From NCBI RefSeq assembly GCF_001194135.2, contig NC_068998.1, positions 17,183,564 to 17,247,563 of the forward strand: 64,000 nucleotides of DNA, given 5' to 3'. The stretch comes from Octopus bimaculoides. Taxonomy: Eukaryota. This document shows positions 24,695-37,686 of the stretch, piece by piece. Within the stretch, counting starts at the first letter, position 1, and each line of letters begins with the position of its first letter. The position numbers and the translations under genes are program-made. Below the pieces are notes generated by a model. It was not told the origin of the DNA, did not search any database, and worked only from the letters and a program-made list of their open reading frames with translations.

Positions 24695-25020
24695 CTCTTA
24701 TGGCTCAGCTGATTTGTTGATTCATGTGTTCAATACATGATTCACTGGTTCACAGATATAAGGGGACTTTGAAATACTGTAGTGTTTCAACCTCATTGTG
24801 TGTCTCCTCAGTCAAAGCAACACAATAGCCAGACTCATGAATCTCACAAGACTACAATCTTTTTTTATAGAAATTAGTAAATAAAATATTTGCTGATGCA
24901 TTGCAGATGTCTGCCAAACAGATACTACTTCATAGGGTACATGCAGAACAACAAGAATACAAACAACATGTTTTATTTGATTTGCAAGATTCTTGATGTG
25001 AGCTTGTGTGTTGAACCAGA

Positions 25021-25430
25021 TTTTTTGTATCTCAGGAAGGTCATTATGCAAATAACAAACACATGCACTGGTTCAATTTCACTTCTGTATTGTTTTTGTC
25101 AATCAGTTAGCTATTTAGTTAATTAATTATTTGATTAATTATCCAGTTAATTGATTGATCAGTTGTGATGGCCAAAATCCTTTCATCACCATTTATGACC
25201 TCTTCGAAGACATGCCCTGAGAAAGACCAACAACTGACCAGAGTAAAGAGGGCGTGTCACAGAAGAGGTCATGAATGACAATGAAAGGACTTTGGCAAAC
25301 ACAACTAATTGAGTGATTCACCAAACAACCAATTAATTAGTTGGTTAAACAGCTAACCATCATCATTATCATCGTCATCGTCATCGTCATCGTCACCGTC
25401 ATCGTCACCGTCGTCGTCATCGTCGTCATT

Positions 25431-25477
<47 letters not shown>

Positions 25478-25737
25478 TTAACGCCTGTTTTCCATGCTGG
25501 CATGGATTGGATGGTTTGACCAGAGCTCGCAAGGCTGGGGCTGCACCAGGCTCCATTGTCTGCTCTGATATGATTTCTATAGCAGGCTATGGCTGGATTC
25601 CTTTCCTAATGTCAACCACTCCACAGAATGTACTGGGTTCTTTTTATGTGGTAATTGAAGAATAATAATAAAGAAGTGAAACTGAACCAGTGTGTGTTTA
25701 TCATTGGCATAATGACCCTCCCAAGATACAATAGAAT
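25021..25737. mobile_element. Foldback (long-TIR) MITE-like element, copy 1, interrupted by family D
   Basis: Outer arms ttgtatctcaggaaggtcattatgc...ttcacttc / gaagtgaa...gcataatgaccctcccaagatacaa. Inner arms about 25160-25218 / 25250-25305. Confidence 0.7.
25357..25655 (-). mobile_element. Family D copy with expanded (CAT)n tail
   Basis: tttaacgcctgttttccatgctggcatggattggatgg..., preceded by ~120 bp of CAT/CGT repeats. Confidence 0.8.
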
Positions 25738-26044
25738 AACACACCCATCCATTCTTAATATGTTGGTTCTGGCAGATTCAAATATGAATATCTGATTGCT
25801 GTTGTTTGTCATCATCAAAGAACATCTCCCTTTAGATGATTTGTTTTCATAACACCTGTGATTCACTGATTTATAGAACTAGGGATCTCCAGAAGTTCCT
25901 TTAGTTGCTAAAAATGCACCAGAATGAAATATCTATCCCAAGGAAAATCCAGCATATTTTAGACACCATTGGATCAATTACATGGCATTCACCAAAGCAC
26001 CAATGCAGCCTGCCATTAGCAAATAAAGAGGCTTCTACATGGTT

Positions 26045-26626
26045 ACTCTTTTACTTGTTTCAGTCATTTGACTGCAGCCATGCTGGAGCACCGCCTTTAG
26101 TCGAGCAAATCGACCCCCAGGACTTATAATTTGGAAGCCTAGTACTTATTCTATCATTCTCTTTTGCCGAACCGCTAAGTTACGGGGACATAAACACACC
26201 ATCATCAGTTGTCAAGCAATGTTGGGGGGACAAACACAGACACACAAACACACACACACACATACATATANNNNNNNNNNNNNNNNNNNNNNNNNNNNNN
26301 NNNNNNNNNNNNNNNNNNNNNNNNNNNNNNNNNNNNNNNNNNNNNNNNNNNNNNNNNNNNNNNNNNNNNNNNNNNNNNNNNNNNNNNNNNNNNNNNNNNN
26401 NNNNNNNNNNNNNNNNNNNNNNNNNNNNNNNNNNNNNNNNNNNNTATATATATACATATATACAACAGACTTCTTTCAGTTTCTGTCTACCAAACCCACT
26501 CACAAGGCTTTGGTCGGCCCGAGGCTAGAGTAGAAGACACTTGCCCAAGATGCCACGCAGTGGGACTGAACCCGGAACCATGTGGTTGGTAAGCAAGCTA
26601 CTTACCACACAGCCACTTCTATGCCT
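26045..26626 (-). mobile_element. SINE family A, full length, gap in internal microsatellite
   Basis: Young-looking copy; both head and tail match 47947-48316. Confidence 0.9.
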
Positions 26627-27483
26627 ATGGTAGTAAATTAGTAAAGAACAGCAGTCAAATCTTCCTGAAATTACATCCTAGGAAGGAGACACCGAGTAAT
26701 GTAATGCTATTTATGAAAACAAGAGACTAGGTGGTGACTGCCACAAAGCCTTTGATCCTAAATCTACCCAATCAAGGTCAAGCTGAGGATAAACAACCAA
26801 AAACCAACAGCTCTGTGCAGTGAGCAAATGAAACAGCAACTTTGGTAGTGCTCCCTCTCCTTTCAGTACCACACCATGATACCTGTTAATGACTGGTTGC
26901 ACTGAGCTGTAAAGAGTAAAGAGTAAAGAATAATGAGTTATGTCTTTTTGCTGTGCTGGTGAAAATACAATTAAAAGAATGGCAAAAATAAAGCAAATTT
27001 TTAATAGGAAATTTAATTTAAATAAAGACGTAAAGAAAACGAAGCTCATTAATGAAGAAACATGTATCTGAGAGAGAAACCAAAGTATTCATGAGAGGAG
27101 CCAAAGAATACAGAGAAAGAAGAGGGGAGAAAGAGAAAGAGAAAAAGAGTAAGAGAGAGTTGGAGGGAGGGAGATGGGAAGGAGGGGGAATGGGTGGGGG
27201 GAAAGACGAGGAGAGAGATTGAGGGTGGTTTGATTATTTAAGTCGCTTACATTGACTAGCAAGATAGAAAAGTGTTTCTTGCCTGCAACAGCACAAGCTT
27301 AATGAAGCGTGACAATACAGACTCCTATTTGACCACTGCTGCTGCTGTTGCTGTAACTACTACTACTACTACTACTACTATATGAAGTGTATGCACAGCA
27401 TATCTTGACCAATATTCAAATTTAAAAATTATACAAATGAAAATTTCCCAGTGAAACATGTGCATTATATAAACAAATATATA

Positions 27484-27524
<41 letters not shown>

Positions 27525-27615
27525 GTTTGGTGATGGAAACAAACAAACAGGAAGTTTCATAAGTGCTAATGCACAAAACTCCTGGCCCTTGAGTTACTTT
27601 GTTGCTACTGCTAAC

Positions 27616-27827
27616 TGGTTTCAAATTTTTTGGCACAAGGCCAGCAATTTCGGGGGAGGGGACAAACCGATTATATTGACCCCAGTCCTCAACTGGTACT
27701 TTTTTTACCAATGAAGGACGAAAGGCAAAGTTGACCTTGGTGGAATTTGAACTCAGAATGTAAAGACAGGTGGAATACTGCTAAGCATTTTGCCTGGCAT
27801 GCTAATGATTCTGCCAACTCACTGCTT
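27616..27827 (-). mobile_element. SINE family B2 (B head, alternative tail)
   Basis: B-type head and core, but the tail is ...gaaattgctggccttgtgccaaaaaatttgaaacca. Confidence 0.8.
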
Positions 27828-28839
27828 TGCTTCTGGTATATATCAGTACAAACACACACACACAAACACACATTGTGTGTGTGTGTATGTGTTAGTTTGT
27901 GTGTACACTTGTCTTGATGTCATGCGATGATTGTAAACAAGCATCACCATCATACAAGCGATGTTGTTTGTTCCTAGTCTTCTGAAAACAGGTGAGGGTT
28001 GATGACAGGAAGGGCATCCAGCCATAGAAAATCTGCCTCAACAAGTTCCATCTGATCTGTGCAAGCATGAAAGAGTGGACATTAAATGATGATGGTGATG
28101 ATGATGATGAAGAGGAGGATAAGGATGATGATGATGATGGTTATGTGTGTGTGTGTAATGGATTCTATCCATGACCATCCATCTCATCTTTATATGGGTG
28201 TCTAAGAATATGTTATCTAATGTCTTTTCCTTTATAAAATAGGTATGATTTGAGGGATATTTTGCTGCTATTTATAGCAGGTTGTGTGACCCAGTAGAAA
28301 CTCTCACATTGGAGTGTTTGTACCTATGTTATGGAAGTAAATAGATTTAAACATCAAGTGTTTAAATTATTTTTCTCCAAATTTTTTTTTGCACACTTCC
28401 ATAAATGGATACTTGACTCTGATCATTTTATGTCTGTATTATAATGTTCAAACTTACAGGAAAGCATTTTCAGTTTCCCTGTGGATGTAAGTATAGCTGA
28501 ATGGTTAAGAAGTTCACTTCCCAGTCACAAGTTCAATTCCACAAGTTCAATCCCACAACATTAGCATAGATTTGGATCAACTCATGTCTCCTATGTAAAT
28601 CCCTTTATTATTTTCCATGAAGTATAGATCCTCAATGACTTTTCTCCATCATTCTTGACTCTTGGCTATCTTCCCTGCTTTTCTTCAGTTGGATTCCTTC
28701 TTTTTCAGCTCTGCCTAAGTATCTTCTCTTCTTCCTCCCTTGTGGGTAATGCAGGATGCTGGTTTCTCTGAGCAAAGAAGACCTTCCTCTCCTAGGTCTT
28801 GTTGGTTTTGAATTGTCATCAAGGCTTCTGTAACTTTGC

Positions 28840-29820
28840 TTTTTTTCTAGGTAGGAGTGTTGCCTCTATGCAAACCCATTTTAACCTCTGGGAGAGATGG
28901 TTCATATTTGTCTGGCCACTATCCTTTGATCTGTCCAGCATGGGAGGCCCTATCAGGAGCTTGTACTTCACAGGCAAAGGTCTAAAGATCATTGAGGCCC
29001 ACAAGTCACCAAATCCAAAAAAGGATTTGACTTCATATTGGGTGAATAAAATTGGATTGACAGAGATTGTGTGAAAGACTGTTGGATGCTTACATGTGAT
29101 TCAAATGGTTGGAATATGCAACCACTCACATGTTAATTTAACAAGTTTGGTTGAAATAGCTTGAAAGTAACTCAAAGGCATACAGACAGGAAATAAGTGC
29201 AGAGTAAATCAAAATCATAGCCAACAGTAACACAGAATGCACCACAAATGACATCACAGTGAACAGACAAACACTAGAAACTTTCAGCAAATTCAAATAC
29301 CTTGGAGCTGTGATCACTGATGAAGGATCCAGGCCAGACTTCTCATAATGGCAACACTTGCAAAATTGAGGTCACTCTGGAAAGATAGGAACATTAGGTT
29401 CTGCACAAAAGTCAGACTGATGCAGTCACTTGTGATTTATATTTTTCTATATGCTTGCAAGACTTGGACATTAACAGCAGAACTGGGAAAAGGTAAGTGC
29501 AATGGAGAAGAGAAGCTACAGACAGTCCCTAGGTTTCTCATACGAAGAACATATTATGAATAATGAAGTTAAGATGAGCATGATCCAGGCTACTGGACCA
29601 CACACGGGTCTACTGACAATTACAAAGACAAAGCAATTAAAACGGTTATTACTGCTTCACAAGAAGCTCCAGCAGCCAAGTAAAGACAATTCTTCAGGGC
29701 ATAGTGCAAGGTAAGAGAAAGCAAAGCAAACTTAAGAAAAGATGGACTTATAACATCAAAGAATGGACAAGCCTCAATATTGTTGACTCACAGACAGCAG
29801 CAGAAGTTTGAGAGAAGTGA
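28840..29820 (+). mobile_element. RTE-clade LINE relic: probable 5'UTR piece joined to RT C-terminal region
   Basis: 29110-29820 reads FSKFKYLGAVITDEGS...LRSLWKDRNIRFCTKVRLMQSLVIYIFLYACKTWTL...KTILQGIVQGKRK...KRWTYNIKEWT. 28900-29020 resembles RTE 5'UTRs (from memory). Confidence 0.8.
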
Positions 29821-30029
29821 AAAAAAGAAAAAAAAAAAAACAGCTGGGAATTAGAATTGGTTCATGGCCTCAGTGCACATTGAAAATTTACTACCATTCC
29901 TGTGTACAAGAATCCAAAAACACATACAGCTTTATAATCAAAATAAAAACTTAAACATATATACATACAAACATACATATGTGTATATATATATATGTGT
30001 GTGTGTATATATATATATGTTTATATCTC

Positions 30030-30371
30030 ATCATCATCAACATCATCATCATCATTTAACGTCTGTTTTCCGTGCTGGCATGGGTTGGACGGTTTCACTG
30101 AGATATGGAGAGCCAGTGGCTGCACCAGGCTCCAATCTGGTCTGGCAATGTTTCTACAGCTGGATGCCCTTCCTAACGCCAACCACTCAGAGAATGTAGT
30201 GGGTGCTTTTTATGTGCCACCGGCACAGGAGCCAGTCAGGCAGGCCTGGCATCGGTCACATTCGGATTGTGCTTTTTATGTGCCATTGGCACAGGGGCAG
30301 ATCAGTGGGTACTGGCATTGGCCATTTTCTGGATGGTGCTTTTTATGTGCTACTGGCATGGGAACCAGTCA

Positions 30372-30372
<1 letters not shown>
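30030..30372 (-). mobile_element. Family D copy with about 2.5 internal 66-bp units
   Basis: Units beginning gtgctttttatgtgcc at 30203, 30269 and 30336. Confidence 0.8.
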
Positions 30373-30414
<42 letters not shown>

Positions 30415-31179
30415 NNNNNNNNNNNNNNNNNNNNNNNNNNNNNNNNNNNNNNNNNNNNNNNNNNNNNNNNNNNNNNNNNNNNNNNNNNNNNNNNNNNNNN
30501 NNNNNNNNNNNNNNNNNNNNNNNNNNNNNNNNNNNNNNNNNNNNNNNNNNNNNNNNNNNNNNNNNNNNNNNNNNNNNNNNNNNNNNNNNNNNNNNNNNNN
30601 NNNNNNNNNNNNNNNNNNNNNNNNNNNNNNNNNNNNNNNNNNNNNNNNNNNNNNNNNNNNNNNNNNNNNNNNNNNNNNNNNNNNNNNNNNNNNNNNNNNN
30701 NNNNNNNNNNNNNNNNNNNNNNNNNNNNNNNNNNNNNNNNNNNNNNNNNNNNNNNNNNNNNNNNNNNNNNNNNNNNNNNNNNNNNNNNNNNNNNNNNNNN
30801 NNNNNNNNNNNNNNNNNNNNNNNNNNNNNNNNNNNNNNNNNNNNNNNNNNNNNNNNNNNNNNNNNNNNNNNNNNNNNNNNNNNNNNNNNNNNNNNNNNNN
30901 NNNNNNNNNNNNNNNNNNNNNNNNNNNNNNNNNNNNNNNNNNNNNNNNNNNNNNNNNNNNNNNNNNNNNNNNNNNNNNNNNNNNNNNNNNNNNNNNNNNN
31001 NNNNNNNNNNNNNNNNNNNNNNNNNNNNNNNNNNNNNNNNNNNNNNNNNNNNNNNNNNNNNNNNNNNNNNNNNNNNNNNNNNNNNNNNNNNNNNNNNNNN
31101 NNNNNNNNNNNNNNNNNNNNNNNNNNNNNNNNNNNNNNNNNNNNNNNNNNNNNNNNNTTCTTCTTCTTCTTCTTCTTCT

Positions 31180-31800
31180 AGCATGGGTTGGACGATTTGA
31201 CTGAGGACTGGCAAACCAGATGGCTGCACCAGGCTCCAATCTGATCTGGCAGAGTTTCTACAGCTGGATGCCCTTCCTAACGCCAACCACTCCGAGAGTG
31301 TAGTGGATGCTTTTACATGCCACCAGCACGAGGGCCAGTCAGGCGGTACTGGCAACAGCCATGCTCAAATGGGTTTTTTTACGTGTCACCTGCACAGGAG
31401 CCAGTCCAGTGGCACTAGCAACGACCTCGCTCGAATGTTCTGTTCATGTACCACCGGCACAAGTGCCGGTAAGGCAATGCTGGTAATGATCACACTCAAA
31501 TGGTGCTTTTTACATGCCACCGGCATGGAAGCCAGACAGCTGCTCAGATGGAGCTATTAGCGCTCCACTGGCACGGGTGCCAGTTATTGAATTTGGTTCA
31601 ATTTCGATTTCACTTGCCCCAACAGGTCTTCACAAGCAGAATTTAGTGTCCAATGAAGTAAGGTTGGCATGGGTGCCAGTCGTCGAATTTGGTTCGATTT
31701 TGAATTTGATTTCAATTTCACTTACCTCAACAGGTCTTTGCAAGCAGAGTTTTGTGTCCAAAGAAGGAAGGTACACATAAGTGGGCTGGCTTAGAACCAC
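31180..31800 (-). mobile_element. Family D copy with four 66-bp units plus a ~105-bp tandem duplication
   Basis: Units at about 31306, 31372, 31437 and 31503; duplicated gggtgccagt...aacaggtctt...gtgtccaa at about 31575-31790. Confidence 0.8.
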
Positions 31801-32427
31801 AAGGCAACGAGTATAGTCGTCACTAAAGTGACAACTATACCTGTATATATATATACATATATATATATACACACACACGACAGGCTCCTTTCAGTTTGTG
31901 TCTGCCAAATCTACTCACAAGGCTTTGATTGGTCCAAGCCTATAGTAGAAGACACTTACTTGTTCAAGGTGCCATGCTGTGTGACTGAACTCAGAACGAA
32001 ATGGTTGGAAAGCAAGATTCTTAGCACACAGACATGCCAGCATTCTTATATTTTATATTTAGAAAATAATTTCTACTGCTCTGAATAGATCACACTGAAA
32101 GCATTATTTCATCACAGAGCATCATATGAAATGCAACAATACTTTCTGGTGCATTCATTATTGTAAGATAAATTCTTGTATTAGTTTTTTGGTGAAAAAT
32201 TATTATTCATGATGAAGTTTCATTGTAGCTAGATCAATTTCTGTTCAAACATCATCCCTGTCATTAACGTCTGTTTATGATTGGAATGGATCAAATAAAA
32301 AGCAACAATTGAATTGGTTTATTAAATATGAATGCAATAATTTAATATTAATATATATGATTTTCTTATATAAACAAATATATATACATTTGCTTAAACA
32401 TACTCCTAAAAATTGTAAAAAGTAAAT

Positions 32428-32470
<43 letters not shown>

Positions 32471-32925
32471 AGATAAGGTACAGAAATATATGGTACAGAT
32501 ACACTAAAACCAGAAAGTGTGATGCATCATAATAATCCATTATAGTCATCCAAGCAAAGCTACTATTATAAAGGTTAGCTAGAAAGGCATGGGTAAACTA
32601 ATGATTCACAAATATAATAACATACAAAATAAAATTTTCCGTAAAGATCATTTAATGTTCATTAAATAACTCTCTGTATGTGTTCTGGATTGATAGGACT
32701 TTACCATCAATTCATGATGACTTGACCCAAGCAAGAGTAGTGGAAATAAAGCAAAGCGTAACAAATGTGCCAACTTATAAACAAAGTGACAGGAAGAGTG
32801 ATATGACGCTAGATCAACTTTTGATTCACCCTGTCTTAAATAATGTAGACCTGGGTAGTCCTAGAAAAGACAGGATGACTATAGCTTGATTGCCTTTTAT
32901 TATAGGTCTAGAGAAGGCATTGCGT

Positions 32926-33310
32926 GGAGGCGCAATGGCCCAGTGGTTAGGGCAGCAGACTCGCAGCCATAGGATCATGGTTTCGATTCCCAGATCGGGC
33001 GTTGTGAGTGTTTATTGAGCAAAAACACCTAAAGCTCCACGAGGCTCCGACAGGGGATGGTGGCGAACCCTGCTGTACTCTTCCACCACAACTTTCTCTC
33101 ACTCTTACTTCCTGTTTCTGTTGTGCCTGTAATTCAAAGGGTCAGCCTTGTTACACTGTGTCACGCTGAATATCCTCGAGAACTACGTTAAGAGTACACG
33201 TGTCTGTGGAGTGCTCAGCCACTTGCACGTTAATTTCATGCGCAGGCTGTTCCGTTGATCGGATCAACTGGAACCCTCGACGTCGTAAGCGATGGAGTGC
33301 CGACAACAAC
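32926..33310 (+). mobile_element. tRNA-derived SINE family C, full length, (AAC)n tail
   Basis: ggaggcgcaatggcccagtggttagggcag...ggtttcgattccc; TSD agagaaggca at 32910-32919 and 33311-33320. Confidence 0.9.
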
Positions 33311-33520
33311 AGAGAAGGCAGCAAACTGGCAGAATTGTTTTCTTTTTGAGAAAAATGCACTTTGTTTGTCCTTATATTCTGAGTTCAAATTCAACCAAGG
33401 TTAACTTTGCCTTTCATCCTTTCAGGGTCGATAAAATAAGTACCAGTTGAGTATTGGGGTTGATGTAATTGACTTACCCACTCTCCTGAAATTGCTGGCC
33501 TTGTGCCAGAATTTGAAACC
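33311..33520 (+). mobile_element. SINE family B2 (host of the family C insertion)
   Basis: Its own TSD attataggtctag lies at 32899-32911 and 33521-33533. Confidence 0.8.
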
Positions 33521-34289
33521 ATTATAGGTCTAGTGGATCAGGATAACAACAATAACAACTCATTTCAGTTGCTTCAACTAGGCTATTCAGAATTATGTGT
33601 CTTTACCTCAAACACAGAACACTGGTCATTAAAAAACATGGACTAACAAACCTTATTTTCATATTCAAGGTTATTTCTGTAAGGTATTAATCACTACTTC
33701 ATTCCTTTCTGGAGAATAAGGTATTGCTTTTGTATTTCAGTTTTGCTAGACTCTTACCAAACTAATTCAGAAGAAAAATAAAAGTAGGAATTTTAAATTA
33801 CAAGACACTTTGTTCCACAACACAAATTTTGTGATCTAGCTGGTTTTGCCTTCATAGTGAAAAGATCACAAAACAAGTTATTTTCCTTGACTTTTGCTAA
33901 TGAAGAATAAATCCAGAAACATTGATGTTTTGTAATGCAATGTAGAAAATAATTTTTCCCAATTCTGATTTTACTTCTTTAAGATTTGTGAAAAATATCT
34001 CTTACAAATAAAAACAGAGAAAGAAAAAAAATTTCTGAAATCATAATTTATTGAAATTGCATAATTTACAATGGCTTGGCATTGTATAAGGATAATCTAT
34101 TGCAGTGTGCAATCTTTTGAAAGTCCCTCCTGCTATTTTGTTGTCTGCAGCAAAACAGAAGTAACATAACAATGGTTACTGTAATTTAACAAATGTGTGG
34201 TTTGTTTTCAAATATCATCACTGAAGTATTTGTTACTGCTTACAACAAAAATTAGAGAGGGTTCAAGTTTCACCTACTGAATCATCAAT

Positions 34290-34975
34290 CAAGTTAATAA
34301 ACCAATGGAGTATTCTCTACTTGAACCAATTAGAGAGGTTCTACAAAAGCCAATAGGTGAGTCTCCATATGATACAACAAAAAATCCTGTGTGAAGAGCT
34401 TCTACTTGAGTCAAAGTGTGAGTTTGCCAGTGTAGGAGTTTCTACATAAGCCAATGAGGAAGTCATTGCATGAGCAAACGTGAGTTTTTATACAACTAAA
34501 TGAAAAAAAATCTCTACATGTATCCAGTCTATGCTGCAAAGTGGTTGTCATAAAAACCATACCAAAACTGACCTCAACTGTGCTCATGCCACATAAAAAG
34601 CACTCAGTCTACTCTGCAGGGGTAGTTGGTGTTAGGAAAGGCATCCAGCTGTAAAAACCATGCCAAAACAGACATAGAAGCCTGGTGTAGTCTTCTGTCT
34701 GGCTGGCTCCTGTCAAACTGTCCAACTTATGCCAGCATGAAAGACTGACGTTAAATGATGATGATGATGATAATGATGATGATGATGGTGTATCCATCAT
34801 CATGTTGTACATGAGCCAATGATAAAGCGTTTTATATGAACCAATGAGAAAGTTTCAGAAAGTCAATACAGGAGTTTGCACAATGCAACTAAAGAGACTG
34901 TGAGCCAATGAGCAGTCTCTACATGAGCTAATAGGGAAGTCAATATATAAGCCAGTAAAAGAACCTCTACAGGAT
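34290..34975 (+). repeat. Degenerate ~24-bp minisatellite (approx. tctacatgagccaatgagaaagtt), split by a family D copy at about 34545-34790
   Basis: CCAAT at 34302, 34326, 34350, 34451, 34816, 34841 and 34905; 24-25-bp period in the best-preserved runs. Confidence 0.65.
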
Positions 34976-35672
34976 TGCTCAAACCAAACAAAAGAGACTG
35001 TGTTGTCTCTTGATTTCTTAGAATTAACAGACAAATCTCTCTGAAATCAAATCCATTTGTCTTAAAAAGGCAAATATAAAGGGATTGACACTTTGAGTAC
35101 CATAAGTCTCACGCATTACAACTGATGATAGATCTATTGGATCAGAGCTAACCTAGGATTAAACTACAACTACATCGATGAACTTAACCAACCAGCAAAG
35201 GAATTTTTATATAATTGCTTGACCTGTTCTGTAGTGTCAGAAAGCTTCACATCAAGCACCAGCATATTTAAGTTCTAAATGTTTGAATTGCATGACACGC
35301 CTTTATATTACAGATGGAATGGAGACAAGGAAAGCATTCCACAGAACTAGGCTTTTATTGAGTACCTCTGTATTGTAAGTCTATGAGATAATGCTGACTA
35401 TGGTTACTGAACTTAATGTGAGTAACAAAAATACAACACTCTTATTATATATTTGCTTACACAAACATAAAATGCACACACACACACACAAATATATAAT
35501 ATATACACACAAACATATAATGAAAATATATGATATACACACACAATCATATGATTTAAATATATATAATATACATACACAAACGTATACTATAAATACA
35601 CGCAAACATAACATATATACACAATATTTCATTTTTGTACTTGATTTGATGTGACCTCTTCAATTGAAACAG

Positions 35673-35971
35673 ATTTTGTTGTATACTGGGAGGGCTGTTA
35701 TGCCAATGATAAACACTAGCATTGGTTTTATTTCACTTCTTTTATTATTATCAATCAATTAATTAACCATTTAACACGTTAACTAATTGATTGCTTGACT
35801 ATTTCATTAATTGAGCAAATCTGGAGTAGAGAGTGTATGTCATTGATGAGGTCATGAATGGTAACAAAAGGACTTTGACAAATCTAAATGGTTGACTAAT
35901 AAAAGAAGTGAGATAGAACCTGTGCATGTGTTTGTTGTCAGCATAATGACCCTCCCAAGATACAACAAAAT
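35673..35971. mobile_element. Foldback MITE-like element, copy 2
   Basis: attttgttgtatactgggagggctgttatgcc...cacttctttta pairs with taataaaagaagtg...gcataatgaccctcccaagatacaacaaaat; same family as 25021-25737. Confidence 0.7.
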
Positions 35972-37623
35972 AAACACCAAAATATAAGTAAAAATAGACC
36001 TAACCTAACGACTAGCAACAAGGTTATCCTCAGAGTCTTATATTATCCATAACCATGTTGCCTAAGATACACCAGCACATTAAAGTAAATGAATCTCTGT
36101 TGGTTTCAGTGACATGAATCCTCAATGTTCCTTAAGGAGTAGACTGAATCTACTGCCTGATTTAAAACCACCTCCTGGTTTTGGGGTGCCTTTAGCAGAA
36201 ACCCCTATATCACAAGCATTTAAGCCAGGTCTCAGTTTGGGGATATCTTTCTCACTCCCAACCCCATAGCAGTGTTGGAGACCCTGAGAAAAGGGTTATG
36301 GACACTGCCTGTCTCTCTTGGATTGAAGATTAAAAAGAAACACCCCAAGCTAGAAGAATCAGTGTGACATAATATGTAACAAGGCTGACTTTTGAGTTGC
36401 AGGTACAAACAATCCAGTGGTCTTTATAGCCCTGCCTGTCTAATCTCACAAGACTTGGGCTGACCTGAGGTTTTAGCAATAAAAAGATACTTGTCTGAGA
36501 TGCTAAAAAGGTGATATCCAACCTGGGGCCTTATGATTATGATGCAGATTTCTTAACCATTCAGCCATAATGTAGTCACATGGTTGAATACACACAAAAC
36601 ATGCACACAAAATACACACAAAAATATCCATACACAACTACATCCACACAAGCACACGCAAACATACATGTCTGCACTCACTTTCTCTTAATCACACACA
36701 CTCAAACACACACAAACACACGCATGCATGCACATATGCCCATTCATACTCACAAATATAGATCATTTATTTATAAAAGAAAAAGAACAATGATATAAAA
36801 GAAGAAACCAATATAAAACAACAACAACAACAACAATAACAAAATAAGAGCTGGATCAATAAATAAAAGAAAGAAACCACACTCTGTCGAAATATTGGTT
36901 CAAAATATTTTCTCTCTACATTTTTTATGAATAAATCTGAAGATAAAACTAAAATATTGAAAACTCAAAAAACATCCAGTATTGAGGTTTATTCATTTTG
37001 TCTTGAGAGAGAGAGAGAAAAAAAAATGTTATCTGAAAAATGGTTTTAAAAACTGTTTTCAATACAACAGTAATTGATTTCTTGTGAAATATTGCTGTTT
37101 GTTATTGGATAGCCTTAGTAAGATCTAAGCTGGCAGGCTTCTGTTTCAAGTGGCAAAATATTACAAATACAACATAGCAGACATTGAAATACAAGGTTTT
37201 ATATTATTGTCAAATGGTCGTGTTTTCATAGCTGGAAACCTGTTTTCAGACTATACTATCTAATGTGTCTTTTTTTCATTTTTAAGACTGGAATATAGGC
37301 TATGTATGATGTAATGCGAGTTTAAGGGGATTTGGCTGGTATTTCTAGCAAGTTGAGAAACTGCATGGAAGTCAACTTGTTCGTTTCAAGCAAAGAGCTT
37401 CGTACAGAGGCAATCAGAGTTATGTAACTGTACGCAACATTATAGCTGTTGTAAGTTTTGAACTTAAGGTTATGTTGTCAGTCCTCAAGCACCTAATGTA
37501 CTTGGTGCTGTTTCTGTTTAAGACAGATTTGTGAAATGACCAACTAGGTTGTACACACACACACAAACACACACATACATACACACACACACACACACAC
37601 ATGTACAACCCAGACTTAAAAAC

Positions 37624-37662
<39 letters not shown>

Positions 37663-37686
37663 TAAATATATAAATATATAAATATA

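Noticed and set aside
29317-29323. CTGATGA as a hammerhead core
   Set aside because: It lies in RTE coding sequence (ITDEG), with no stem II or GAAA following.
32926-33000. tRNA-like sequences (here and at other SINE heads) as real tRNA genes
   Set aside because: They continue into repeated SINE bodies and tails, have TSDs, and lack a closed acceptor stem.
30203-34975. 66-bp and 24-bp periodic arrays as CRISPR-like
   Set aside because: They are head-to-tail degenerate units without unique spacers, in eukaryotic context with no cas genes.
35314-35374. Possible 61-bp exon (ttacag|...|gtaagt) with one open frame
   Set aside because: No recognisable homology and no partner exons; such splice-like pairs arise by chance. 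RNA-seq would be needed.
36050-36540. GC-richer segment sharing a short motif (ggtgcctttagcagaa) with about 53140-53170; similar uncertainty for 140-520
   Set aside because: Probably old retroelement UTR debris, but I could not assign a family or boundaries.
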